Assembly: GCA_036278575.1 (NCBI GenBank)
Contig: DASUKT010000300.1
Span: 1-35,001 of the forward strand
Length of the DNA stretch: 35,001 nt
Reading direction: 5' to 3'
Origin: Pseudolabrys sp.
Lineage (GTDB): Bacteria; Pseudomonadota; Alphaproteobacteria; Rhizobiales; Xanthobacteraceae
Shown here: positions 26,999 through 35,001 of the stretch, piece after piece
How the letters are laid out: every line of letters starts with the position of its first letter
Numbering within the stretch: the stretch's first letter is position 1
Translations under genes and position numbers: made by a program
The notes under the pieces: generated by a model
Database searches by the model: none
What the model saw: only the letters and a program-made list of their open reading frames with translations
What the model was told of the DNA's origin: nothing

Positions 26999-27658
26999 CT
27001 ACTGAGCCTTGGGCGCCTGCGGTTGTTGCGGGGCTGAGTTCTGCTTCGCACCACCGCCGGCAGGGGCCTGTCCGCCCTGATTGCCGCCAGCCGCGGGCTT
27101 GTTTTCAGCTGCCTTCGGCAGCGGGACCGGACTATCCGACTGCGTACGCAGGAACGCGATCACGTCCGCTCGCTGCTTGTCGCGCGGCAGGCCCGCGAAA
27201 GTCATCTTCGTGCCGGGGATATAGCCCTGCGGATGAGTCAAAAACTTGTTGAGCTCATCATAGGTCCACTTGCCGCCCTTTTTCTTCATGGCATCGGAGA
27301 AGGCAAAGCCGCCACGGTCTTCTCCGCGCGGGCTGCCGACGATGTTCCAAAGATTCGGCCCGACCCGGTTGGGGCCGCCCTTCTCGAAGGTGTGGCAAGC
27401 TTGGCACTGACGCGCGGTCTGCTTGCCGCGATCAGCGGACGCGCTGGCCAGCAGTGCTTCGATCGGCTCTGAAGGCTTTTGCGCTTCCGCACCTTTGCTG
27501 CCAGCGTTCTCCTGCTCTTGCTTCACGGCAATTGCAAAGCCGGGCTTGGCCGGCCTCTCCGGCGCAAAGATTGCTCCCGCCGCAATGTTCAGCGCGAGGA
27601 TGATCAGGCAGCAGCCAAGGATGGCGCCAAGGACCTTGTTAAGTTCAAACGAATTCAT
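26999..27658 (-). CDS. cycM: Membrane-anchored cytochrome c (CycM / cytochrome c2-like)
   Basis: [13 protein letters not shown]-terminal anchor, CQACH heme motif, [18 protein letters not shown]; divergent from kdsB. Confidence 0.93.
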   Translation of the reverse strand: MNSFELNKVLGAILGCCLIILALNIAAGAIFAPERPAKPGFAIAVKQEQENAGSKGAEAQKPSEPIEALLASASADRGKQTARQCQACHTFEKGGPNRVGPNLWNIVGSPRGEDRGGFAFSDAMKKKGGKWTYDELNKFLTHPQGYIPGTKMTFAGLPRDKQRADVIAFLRTQSDSPVPLPKAAENKPAAGGNQGGQAPAGGGAKQNSAPQQPQAPKAQ

Positions 27659-27820
27659 CGAAAGCCGGCTCCCGGAACGGGGCGAATCGGTGGGGGACGA
27701 AGCGCCGCCAGCGTTCGGGCGGCGCCGGACAGATACCGGTTTGCCTCCCCTCTGGCAACCCGTATAAGCGCCGCAAGCATACGACATCCACTCTCTGCAC
27801 CGGTGGGCGCGCCTGGCTCC

Positions 27821-28549
27821 ATGACCGAAGCGATCGTGCTCATTCCAGCCCGCATGGCGTCGACTCGGCTGCCGGGCAAGCCGCTGATCGAGATCGCCGG
27901 CCTGCCGATGATCGTGCATGTCCTGCGGCGCGCCGCCGCGGCGGCGATCGGGGAAACCGTTGTGGCCACCGACTCGGAAGCAATCGCAACGGCGGTCGAA
28001 AAGGCCGGGGGACGGGCGGTGATGACGAGCGCCGGTCACGCATCCGGCTCGGATCGCATTTTCGAAGCCCTGCAGATCGTCGATCCCACGCGCCGCATTG
28101 GTGTCATTGTCAATGTGCAAGGGGATCTACCGACGATCTCAGCCGATGACATCCGCGCTTCGCTTGCACCGCTGTCCGACGCCACGGTCCACATCGCGAC
28201 ACTCGCGGCCGAAATCAGAGCGGTCGACGACCGCACGAATCCGAACGTGGTCAAGGTTTCCGGCACGCCGCTTTCCGCGCACCGTTTTCGCGCGCTCAAA
28301 TTTACCCGCGCCGATGCGCAAGGGCCTGGGCCGCACTACCACCACATCGGCTTGTACGCGTATCGCCGGACGGCGCTGGAACGCTTTGTCAGGCTCCCGC
28401 CTTCCGCGAACGAGAGGCAGGAAAAGCTTGAACAGTTGCGTGCCCTCGACGCCGGCATGCGCATCGACGTGGCCATCGTGAACGGCGTCCCGCTCGGCGT
28501 CGATACCCCGGCCGATCTGGCCAAGGCGCGTGCGTTGCTCGCCGGTTGA
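27821..28549 (+). CDS. kdsB: 3-deoxy-manno-octulosonate cytidylyltransferase
   Basis: [56 protein letters not shown]. Confidence 0.96.
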   Translation: MTEAIVLIPARMASTRLPGKPLIEIAGLPMIVHVLRRAAAAAIGETVVATDSEAIATAVEKAGGRAVMTSAGHASGSDRIFEALQIVDPTRRIGVIVNVQGDLPTISADDIRASLAPLSDATVHIATLAAEIRAVDDRTNPNVVKVSGTPLSAHRFRALKFTRADAQGPGPHYHHIGLYAYRRTALERFVRLPPSANERQEKLEQLRALDAGMRIDVAIVNGVPLGVDTPADLAKARALLAG

Positions 28550-28597
28550 CCAAAAGCGGCGCCGCGCGTAACGGAACGGCTTTTAGAGGCGGCGGAC

Positions 28598-29455
28598 ATG
28601 GCCAGGAAGAAGATCATCTTTCAGGGCGAGCCTGGGGCGAACTCGCATATCGCCTGCAAGGAAGCCTATCCCAACCACGAGGCCGTGCCCTGCCCGACTT
28701 TCGAGGATTGCTTTTCGGCGCTCACCAGCGGCGATGTCGATCTCGGCATGATTCCGATCGAGAATTCCATCGCCGGCCGCGTCGCCGACATTCATCATCT
28801 GATGCCGACCGCCAAGCTGCACATTATCGCCGAATGGTTTCTGCCGATCCGCAATCAGTTGATGGCACCGAAAAGCGCGACCGTGAAGACGATCAAGACG
28901 GTCGAAAGTCACGTGATGGCGCTCGGGCAGTGCCGCAACATCATTCGCGAGCTGAAGCTCAAGCCGGTTGTGGCTGCCGATACCGCCGGCTCCGCGCGGG
29001 AAGTCGCGGAGCACAATGACCCATCGCGTGCCGCGATCGCCTCGCGGCTTGCCGCCGAAATCTACGGCCTCAACATCCTCAAGGAGGATGTCGAAGACGA
29101 ATCTCATTCAACGACGCGCTTCATTGTCTTGTCGCGCGAAAAGAAATGGGCGCAGCCCGGCAACGGCAAGGTCATCACCACGTTCGTCTTCCGCGTGCGC
29201 AATCTTCCGGCCGCGCTCTACAAGGCGCTCGGCGGGTTCGCCACCAACGGCGTCAACATGACCAAGCTCGAAAGCTACATGGTCGGCGGCAACTTCTTCG
29301 CGACCCAATTTTATGCGGACGTCGAGGGTCATCCCGACGACCGCGCCCTCGTGCTCGCGCTCGAGGAGCTGGCGTTCTTCTCAAAGGAGCTGACGGTGCT
29401 CGGGGTCTACCCCGCGCATTCATACCGCGAGACCTTCAAGGAAGAGAAGGACTGA
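28598..29455 (+). CDS. pheA: Prephenate dehydratase
   Basis: FQGEPGANSH, IPIENSIAGRV, TTRFIVL, ACT domain GVNMTKLESY. Confidence 0.96.
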   Translation: MARKKIIFQGEPGANSHIACKEAYPNHEAVPCPTFEDCFSALTSGDVDLGMIPIENSIAGRVADIHHLMPTAKLHIIAEWFLPIRNQLMAPKSATVKTIKTVESHVMALGQCRNIIRELKLKPVVAADTAGSAREVAEHNDPSRAAIASRLAAEIYGLNILKEDVEDESHSTTRFIVLSREKKWAQPGNGKVITTFVFRVRNLPAALYKALGGFATNGVNMTKLESYMVGGNFFATQFYADVEGHPDDRALVLALEELAFFSKELTVLGVYPAHSYRETFKEEKD

Positions 29456-29500
29456 AGCGCTCCGTCAAGGCGATTGCGCAAACAACACCGCGAGCTTGTC

Positions 29501-29911
29501 TTAGCTGCGCAGGAGCGGCACAAGCGAACGGAGTTGGGGATTACGAAGCCAAAGGCCGCCCCACACAAACAATCCAATGACCAAGGCAGAGATGACGTGA
29601 GGCAGCAGCGGACCGGCGCCGCGCAAGTGCGTCGCGATCGCTCCGCCAAGAAAGCCGGTCAGCAGGACCGCGCCCAGCGCCGACGTCGCAGGAATCGCAT
29701 AGAGTACCGTACAAGCCAGAGCGACCAGCCCGATCGGCCGCGCGAATTCGACCGGAATGCCAAACTCGGCCATCCCCTTCGTCACAAAATCGAACGCCAG
29801 CACCTGGATTCCGCTGTCGAAAATCATGAATGCGATCACAAGTCCACTCATGACGCGGCCGGCCCATACCGCTTTGACGGAATCGAGGCCGGCCTTTCCG
29901 ATTGTCTGCAT
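29501..29911 (-). CDS. DoxX-like family membrane protein
   Basis: Four TM segments; LYAIPATSALGAVLLTGFLGGAIATHLR, WGGLWLR. Confidence 0.85.
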   Translation of the reverse strand: MQTIGKAGLDSVKAVWAGRVMSGLVIAFMIFDSGIQVLAFDFVTKGMAEFGIPVEFARPIGLVALACTVLYAIPATSALGAVLLTGFLGGAIATHLRGAGPLLPHVISALVIGLFVWGGLWLRNPQLRSLVPLLRS

Positions 29912-29948
29912 AACGTTTCTCTCGAGGCCGATGCTGTTGAGCCGGCGC

Positions 29949-30353
29949 TTATTGCTGCGCCAGCACCATCCAGTTCACGCCGAATTTGTCCTTGAGCATG
30001 CCGAATTTCGGCGAGAAGAACGTTTTCGCGAGCGGCATCGTTACCTCGCCGCCGGCGCTTAGCGCGTTGAACATGCGCTCGGCCTCCGGCTCGGCGTCGG
30101 CTGTAATCGCGAGTGAAAACCCTTCGAATTTCGGATTGCCCTTGTTGTGACCGTCGGAAGCGAGCACGCGCACGCCGCCGATGTTCAGGCTTGCGTGCAT
30201 GACTTTGTTCTCGCTTCCCTTCGTAACCATCGATTGGTCCGGCGCATCCTTGTAGCGCATCAGCATTTCGGTCTTGGCGCCGACCGCCTTGCCGTAAAAT
30301 TCGATTGCCTCGTCACAGCGGCCGTCGAAAAAGAGATAGGGATCGATTTGCAT
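29949..30353 (-). CDS. VOC/glyoxalase family protein (PhnB/YjdN-like)
   Basis: PYLFFDGRCDEAIEFY, VMHASL, FGMLKDKFGVNWMV; AAGGAGG RBS before ATG 30353. Confidence 0.9.
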   Translation of the reverse strand: MQIDPYLFFDGRCDEAIEFYGKAVGAKTEMLMRYKDAPDQSMVTKGSENKVMHASLNIGGVRVLASDGHNKGNPKFEGFSLAITADAEPEAERMFNALSAGGEVTMPLAKTFFSPKFGMLKDKFGVNWMVLAQQ

Positions 30354-30438
30354 GGCGTCCTCCTTGCGATTTCCGTTGGGCGGCACGATAGACGATCAAT
30401 GCGGCCAGATGTTGCCTCATTAAAACGCTGTCAAACCT

Positions 30439-31584
30439 TTATTTTGGGCGTTGATGAACCTGGACGCGCGCCTGCTCGTAGCAGGCGACGAAGCGCGGCG
30501 AAAGCTGGCGAAGTCGGTCGAGATCGACGCGGCCAGAACGCATCACATAGCTCATGGCGAACTCCATCGGCGCCAACTGCATGTGCTCGGCGAAGCGCTC
30601 ATACCAGGCGGCGCTGGCGCTCGCGCCGGTGACGATTTTCTCGACAACCGGCCGCCGCGCCGCCTCATAGGCCGGCAGGGCAGCTGCAACATCGTCCGCT
30701 TGGTCGGCCAGCGCGCGGTCGAGCGCGATCGCATCTTCCATCGCCAGCCGCGTGCCGGAGCCGATCGAGAAATGCGCCGTGTGCGCGGCGTCGCCGATCA
30801 GCACGCATTTGCCGTGATGCCACCGTTTGTTCGACACCTGCGGGAAACGCCGCCAGATCGAATTGTTGGAAATTAGCCGGCTTCCGCCAAGCGCATCGGC
30901 AAACACCTTTTCACACAGCGCGCGCGCATCGGCATCTTCCATGCGCTCGAAGCCGGCACGGGCGAACGTCGCCTCGTCTACTTCGACGATGAACGTGCTT
31001 CGCCCGGGCGCATAACGATAGTGATGCGCATTGAAATCGCCGATCGGCGTGTGCCGGAACGTTTGCGTAAGCGTGCCGAACGTCTTGCTTGTGCCGAACC
31101 AAGCAAAACGGTTGGCAAGGTGATGAACGTGCGCGCCGAATTCTTCGGCGAAAGTATGGCGCACCAGTGAATTGACGCCATCGGCGCCGACGATCAGGTC
31201 GTTGTCGTCCAATTCATCGAGCGATTTCACCGCTCCTTCGTATTGCGGCTCAACGCCGACCGAACACAAACGCTCTTGCAGAAGCTGAAGAAGCTTCAAG
31301 CGTCCGATGGCTGCGAATCCGATGCCATCGATGACGATCCGCTCGTTTCGGTGAACCAACGTAATGTCATCCCATGATTCCATGTGCGGGACGATCGCCG
31401 CATAGGTCGCCTCATCATCGGCCCGCAGAAACTCAAGCGCGCGGTCCGAAAAAACCACGCCGAAGCCGAACGTTGCGTTGGCCGCATTTTGCTCGACGAG
31501 CGTGATTTCCGCATCTGCGCGGCGCTTCAGCAGATAGGCGAGATAGAGCCCCGCGGGACCGGCACCGATGATGGCGATACGCAT
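30439..31584 (-). CDS. FAD-dependent monooxygenase (salicylyl-CoA 5-hydroxylase/anthraniloyl-CoA monooxygenase N-domain-like)
   Basis: GAGPAG, TFGFGVVFSD, GADGVNS, GDAAHTAHFSIGSGTRLAMEDA. Confidence 0.88.
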   Translation of the reverse strand: MRIAIIGAGPAGLYLAYLLKRRADAEITLVEQNAANATFGFGVVFSDRALEFLRADDEATYAAIVPHMESWDDITLVHRNERIVIDGIGFAAIGRLKLLQLLQERLCSVGVEPQYEGAVKSLDELDDNDLIVGADGVNSLVRHTFAEEFGAHVHHLANRFAWFGTSKTFGTLTQTFRHTPIGDFNAHHYRYAPGRSTFIVEVDEATFARAGFERMEDADARALCEKVFADALGGSRLISNNSIWRRFPQVSNKRWHHGKCVLIGDAAHTAHFSIGSGTRLAMEDAIALDRALADQADDVAAALPAYEAARRPVVEKIVTGASASAAWYERFAEHMQLAPMEFAMSYVMRSGRVDLDRLRQLSPRFVACYEQARVQVHQRPK

Positions 31585-31601
31585 GACACGACTTTACAGA
31601 A

Positions 31602-31699
31602 TGTCATGCCCCGCGAAAGCGGGGCATCCAGTAAAGGTGGCGATCGTCATCTCGTGACGTCCGAGTTTACTGGATCGCCCGCTTTCGCGGGCGATGACA
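31602..31699. repeat. REP-like palindromic element (TGTCAT...ATGACA)
   Basis: TGTCAT-GCCCCGC-GAAA-GCGGGGC-ATCCAGTAAA...TTTACTGGAT-CGCCCGC-TTTC-GCGGGCG-ATGACA. Confidence 0.9.
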
Positions 31700-31705
31700 A
31701 TGTCC

Positions 31706-33205
31706 CTAAATCGTCTGATTATACTCGCCGACTTCCGGGTGTTTGTGCAGCACGCCGTCGACCGCCTTGAACATTTCGCGCATGCGATCCTTCGAGACCG
31801 GGCTTTCCACCACAACCACCAGCTCCGGCTTGTTGGAGGATGCGCGCACGAGCCCCCAGGTGCCGTCCTCGACCGTGACGCGCACGCCGTTGACGGTGAC
31901 CAGCTCGCGGATGGGCTGGCCGGCGATCCACTCACCTTTCGTTTTCGCGGCCTGGAAGTGTTTCACTACCGACTCGACCACGCCATATTTCTTCTCGTCG
32001 TCACAGTGCGGCGACATGGTCGGCGAGCCCCAGGTTTGCGGCAACGCGCGGCGCAGGTCCGCCATGCTCTTTTCCGGATTGCGATCGAGCATGTCGCAGA
32101 CGGCAAGCGCGAAGATCATGCCGTCGTCGTAGCCGCGGCCGAACGGCTTGTTAAAAAAGAAGTGGCCGGATTTCTCGAAACCGGCGAGCGCGCCAAGCTC
32201 ATTGACGCGGCGCTTGATGTACGAGTGACCGGTTTTCCAGTAATCGGTCTTCACGCCATTCTGCCTGAGCACTGGATCGGTGAGGAAAAGGCCGGTCGAT
32301 TTCACGTCCACGACGAACGTCGCATTCTTGTGCAGCGACGACATATCGCGTGCCAGCATCACGCCGACCTTGTCGGCGAAAATCTCCTCGCCTTCGTTGT
32401 CGACGACGCCGCAGCGGTCGCCGTCGCCGTCGAATCCGAGGCCGACGTCGGCCTTGTCGGCCAGTACGGCATCGCGCATGGCGTGCAGCATCTTCATGTC
32501 TTCGGTATTGGGATTGTAGCGCGGAAACGTATGATCGAGCTCGCAATCGAGCGGCATCACGTCGCAGCCGATGGCCGAGAGAATGCGCGGTGCGAACGCG
32601 CCGGCCGTGCCATTGCCGCAGGCGGCAATCACTTTAAGCTTGCGCTTGATTTTCGGACGGCTGGTCAGATCGGCAATGTAGCGCTCGGGAAAATTCTCCA
32701 CGAATTCGTAACTGCCACCGCCTTTCAGGTCGAACTTGGCGCCGAGCACGATCTGCTTCAGCCGCGTCATCTCGTCGGGGCCGAAGGTAAGCGGCCGGCT
32801 GGCGCCCATCTTCACGCCGGTCCAGCCGTTATCGTTATGGGATGCCGTCACCATGGCGACGCACGGCACGTCGAGCGCAAACTGCGCAAAATAGGCCATG
32901 GGCGTGATCGCCAGCCCGATGTCGTGCACCTTGCAGCCCGCCGCCATCAGGCCAGACACCAGCGCCATCTTGACCGAGGCCGAATAGCTGCGGAAATCGT
33001 GCCCAGTGACAATCTCCGGCTTGACCCCCATCTCGCGGATCAGCGTGCCAAGCCCCATGCCGAGCGACTGCACACCCATGAGGTTGATTTCTTTTTCGAG
33101 CAGCCAGCGCGCGTCATATTCGCGGAAGCCGGTCGGCTTCACCAGCGGCGAGGATTCGTAGGCATAAGTATTGGGAGAGAGCGCAGCTTTCGGCTTCGGA
33201 AACAT
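31706..33205 (-). CDS. Phosphomannomutase/phosphoglucomutase
   Basis: GFREYDARW, catalytic VTASHN, metal-binding FDGDGDR, FEKSGH, LVRASSNKP; start ATG 33205 (MFPKP). Confidence 0.95.
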   Translation of the reverse strand: MFPKPKAALSPNTYAYESSPLVKPTGFREYDARWLLEKEINLMGVQSLGMGLGTLIREMGVKPEIVTGHDFRSYSASVKMALVSGLMAAGCKVHDIGLAITPMAYFAQFALDVPCVAMVTASHNDNGWTGVKMGASRPLTFGPDEMTRLKQIVLGAKFDLKGGGSYEFVENFPERYIADLTSRPKIKRKLKVIAACGNGTAGAFAPRILSAIGCDVMPLDCELDHTFPRYNPNTEDMKMLHAMRDAVLADKADVGLGFDGDGDRCGVVDNEGEEIFADKVGVMLARDMSSLHKNATFVVDVKSTGLFLTDPVLRQNGVKTDYWKTGHSYIKRRVNELGALAGFEKSGHFFFNKPFGRGYDDGMIFALAVCDMLDRNPEKSMADLRRALPQTWGSPTMSPHCDDEKKYGVVESVVKHFQAAKTKGEWIAGQPIRELVTVNGVRVTVEDGTWGLVRASSNKPELVVVVESPVSKDRMREMFKAVDGVLHKHPEVGEYNQTI

Positions 33206-33280
33206 CCAGGGCCTCGGAGAAAAGCGGTGGGCAGGAAATCGAGTACCAACGCAGGATAGCGCAAAGCGATCCCAAAAGAT

Positions 33281-33407
33281 TGTCATTCCGAGACGCCGCG
33301 AAAGCGGCGGACCCGGACTCCATAACGCCGGCTGCGGAGTATGGATTCCGGGCTCGATGCCATCGGCGCGCTTCGCGCGATTTCGCTGGCATCGCCCCGG
33401 AATGACA
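33281..33407. repeat. REP-like palindromic element (TGTCATTCCG...CGGAATGACA)
   Basis: 10-bp terminal IR; internal CCGC-GAAA-GCGG hairpin, CCCGGACTCCATA/TATGGATTCCGGG pairing, CGATGCCA...TGGCATCG arm with CGCG-CTT-CGCG tip. Confidence 0.88.
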
Positions 33408-33414
33408 GGGAATA

Positions 33415-33933
33415 TTATTGCTCGAGCACCATGCGGCCGTTCGCGTATTCATAACGCGTGAGGCGCGACAGGAACGAGACCCCGAGCAAGCTTTTGCCGA
33501 GAGCCTCATCGGGCAGCACCAACGCGCTCACGTTATACACGGTGATGTCGCCGATCTCGATCCGGTTGAGCCTGGCGCGCGCGGCCCTGATGTGGCCGTT
33601 GGCGGTTGCCACCACCGCGTTGTAGTCCGCTGGCATCGGGTGAATTCCCAGGGACGCTGCGTCGGATTCACGCAGCGTGACAAGGGACGCACCGGTGTCG
33701 ACGATGAAATCGATTCGCTGTCCGTCGACGTCCGCATCGACCGGGAAATGGCCGTGACGATCGCTGGCGAGCTCGACGGTGCGGCCGCCCGAGCCGGGCT
33801 GCGCCGTTACAGCCATCGGCCCATTTGGTGCCGCTCGCTCGGCCGGCTGCGAGGCCGTCTCCCGGTCCGCAAACTTGGCAGCGTAGGTGGCGCCCACAAG
33901 GACAGCGACCGCAAGGATGAGCACATGACGCAT
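33415..33933 (-). CDS. TIGR02281-type clan AA (retropepsin-like) aspartic protease
   Basis: N-terminal TM/signal, GHF, FIVDTGAS catalytic motif, TANG, SLLGVSFL. Confidence 0.92.
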   Translation of the reverse strand: MRHVLILAVAVLVGATYAAKFADRETASQPAERAAPNGPMAVTAQPGSGGRTVELASDRHGHFPVDADVDGQRIDFIVDTGASLVTLRESDAASLGIHPMPADYNAVVATANGHIRAARARLNRIEIGDITVYNVSALVLPDEALGKSLLGVSFLSRLTRYEYANGRMVLEQ

Positions 33934-34032
33934 GGGCCAAACTTAAGCCGAGCGGCGTTCAGGTCCCTTAAAGGCGTTGAGCGTCTCTTGTCGATGGTGA
34001 GCAGCCGATTAACGCGGCGGCATCAATTTGAA

Positions 34033-35001
34033 CTATTCGCCTCGGCGTTTCGCGCGCCGTGTGGCCGGCGCGATTAGCGGGTTGTCCGGCCAGGGATGCT
34101 TGGGATAGCGGCCTTTCATCTCGGTCTTTACGTCGGCATAGCTGCCGCGCCAGAAGCCCGGCAGGTCGCGCGTCACCTGCACCGGCCGATGGGCGGGCGA
34201 AAGCAGTTCAATCACCAGCGGCACGCGGCCACCGGCGATAGACGGATGCGAGGCAAGGCCGAACAGTTCCTGCACGCGGATCGACAGCTTCGGCCCCTCC
34301 TCCGCTTCATAGTCGATCGGCACATGCGAGCCGGACGGTGCGGTGAAATGCGTCGGCGCTTCCGCGTCGAGACGCTTGCGCAAACTCCAGGGCACGAGCG
34401 CATCGAGCGCGCAGGCAAGATCGTCGGCGCCGATTTGCGACAATGCCGTCTTGTCGGTGAGAAACGGCGCGAGCCATTCGACGGCGCGGTGCGCCAATGC
34501 ATCATCGGAAAGATCGGGCCATTCTTCGCCTTCTGCGCGCCGCAAAAAGAGACCGCGGTCGCGCAATTGTCGTTGCGCTTTGCTCCAGGGTAGCTTCCCA
34601 ATGCCGAGGCTCGCGATCCCGCCGGCGAGCAATTTTGCGGTTTCCGGATCGGGAGAAATCGACCGCGTTTGCTCGCTGAGCACAATCGCGCCGAGATAAC
34701 GGCTGCGGCGTGCGCGCAAGGAGGCCGACGCTCTGTCAAACGTGATGTGATTGCGATCCTCGATGTCCGAGGCAAAGCGCGTTTCAATTTCCGCAAGCGT
34801 AATCGGCGCCGCGAGCAGGATGCGGCTCGCGGCAGCTGCGCCGGTCAATTCGGCGACCGCAAGGAACGGCTCGCGCGCCAGGGGCGAGGTCGCATCGATT
34901 AGACCTCCGCGTCCATTCGCGAGCAGAAAGGCCCCGCTCCCGCCGCCGCGATTCCTGGCGATGCGATCGGGATAGGCGAGCGCGAGAAGGGGGCCGACGT
35001 T
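34033..35001 (-). CDS. hrpB: ATP-dependent helicase HrpB, C-terminal part (5' end outside window)
   Basis: Frame is open to the window edge: LALAYPDRIARNR...LLANGRG; LSIRVQELFG, LLSPAHRPVQVTRDLPGFWRGSY, MKGRYPKHPWP. Confidence 0.95.
   Translation of the reverse strand, partial: NVGPLLALAYPDRIARNRGGGSGAFLLANGRGGLIDATSPLAREPFLAVAELTGAAAASRILLAAPITLAEIETRFASDIEDRNHITFDRASASLRARRSRYLGAIVLSEQTRSISPDPETAKLLAGGIASLGIGKLPWSKAQRQLRDRGLFLRRAEGEEWPDLSDDALAHRAVEWLAPFLTDKTALSQIGADDLACALDALVPWSLRKRLDAEAPTHFTAPSGSHVPIDYEAEEGPKLSIRVQELFGLASHPSIAGGRVPLVIELLSPAHRPVQVTRDLPGFWRGSYADVKTEMKGRYPKHPWPDNPLIAPATRRAKRRGE

Noticed and set aside
27659-28120. Long overlapping N-terminal extensions of cycM and kdsB ORFs
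   Set aside because: Family-typical starts at 27658 and 27821 leave a normal 162-bp divergent promoter region
31694-33259. 521-aa plus-strand ORF
   Set aside because: Antisense shadow of the phosphomannomutase gene

Overview
GC-rich alphaproteobacterial chromosomal segment. Gene content suggests Hyphomicrobiales/Rhizobiales, possibly Xanthobacteraceae/Nitrobacteraceae-like; this is inference. 1-11115 is a Tad/Flp (Cpa) pilus locus: tadC(partial)-tadB-cpaF-cpaE-cpaD-cpaC-cpaB-cpaA-flp on the minus strand, and a pilus N-terminal-domain protein plus two TadE-like pseudopilins on the plus strand, with CtrA-like boxes. 11121-15317 is the most interesting part, an apparent sulfur-trafficking module. 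A DecR(YbaO)-like Lrp regulator is divergent from an exported tandem rhodanese, a YeeE/YedE transporter, a 50-aa membrane-anchored CAPCGAPC peptide absent from the ORF track, and a 3-sulfinopropanoyl-CoA desulfinase (AcdA)-like flavoprotein. Next come an M17 aminopeptidase, an NlpC/P60 peptidase, an Xre/MbcA-RES toxin-antitoxin pair and yejA-yejA-yejB-yejE-yejF. The remainder holds cycM, kdsB, pheA, DoxX/VOC/FAD-monooxygenase genes, a phosphomanno/glucomutase, a TIGR02281-type aspartic protease and the 3' part of hrpB. Four different GTCAT...ATGAC-bounded palindromic repeats occupy intergenic spaces. I saw no tRNA, rRNA, CRISPR array, transposase or integrase. All homology calls come from motif recognition by eye; no searches were run.
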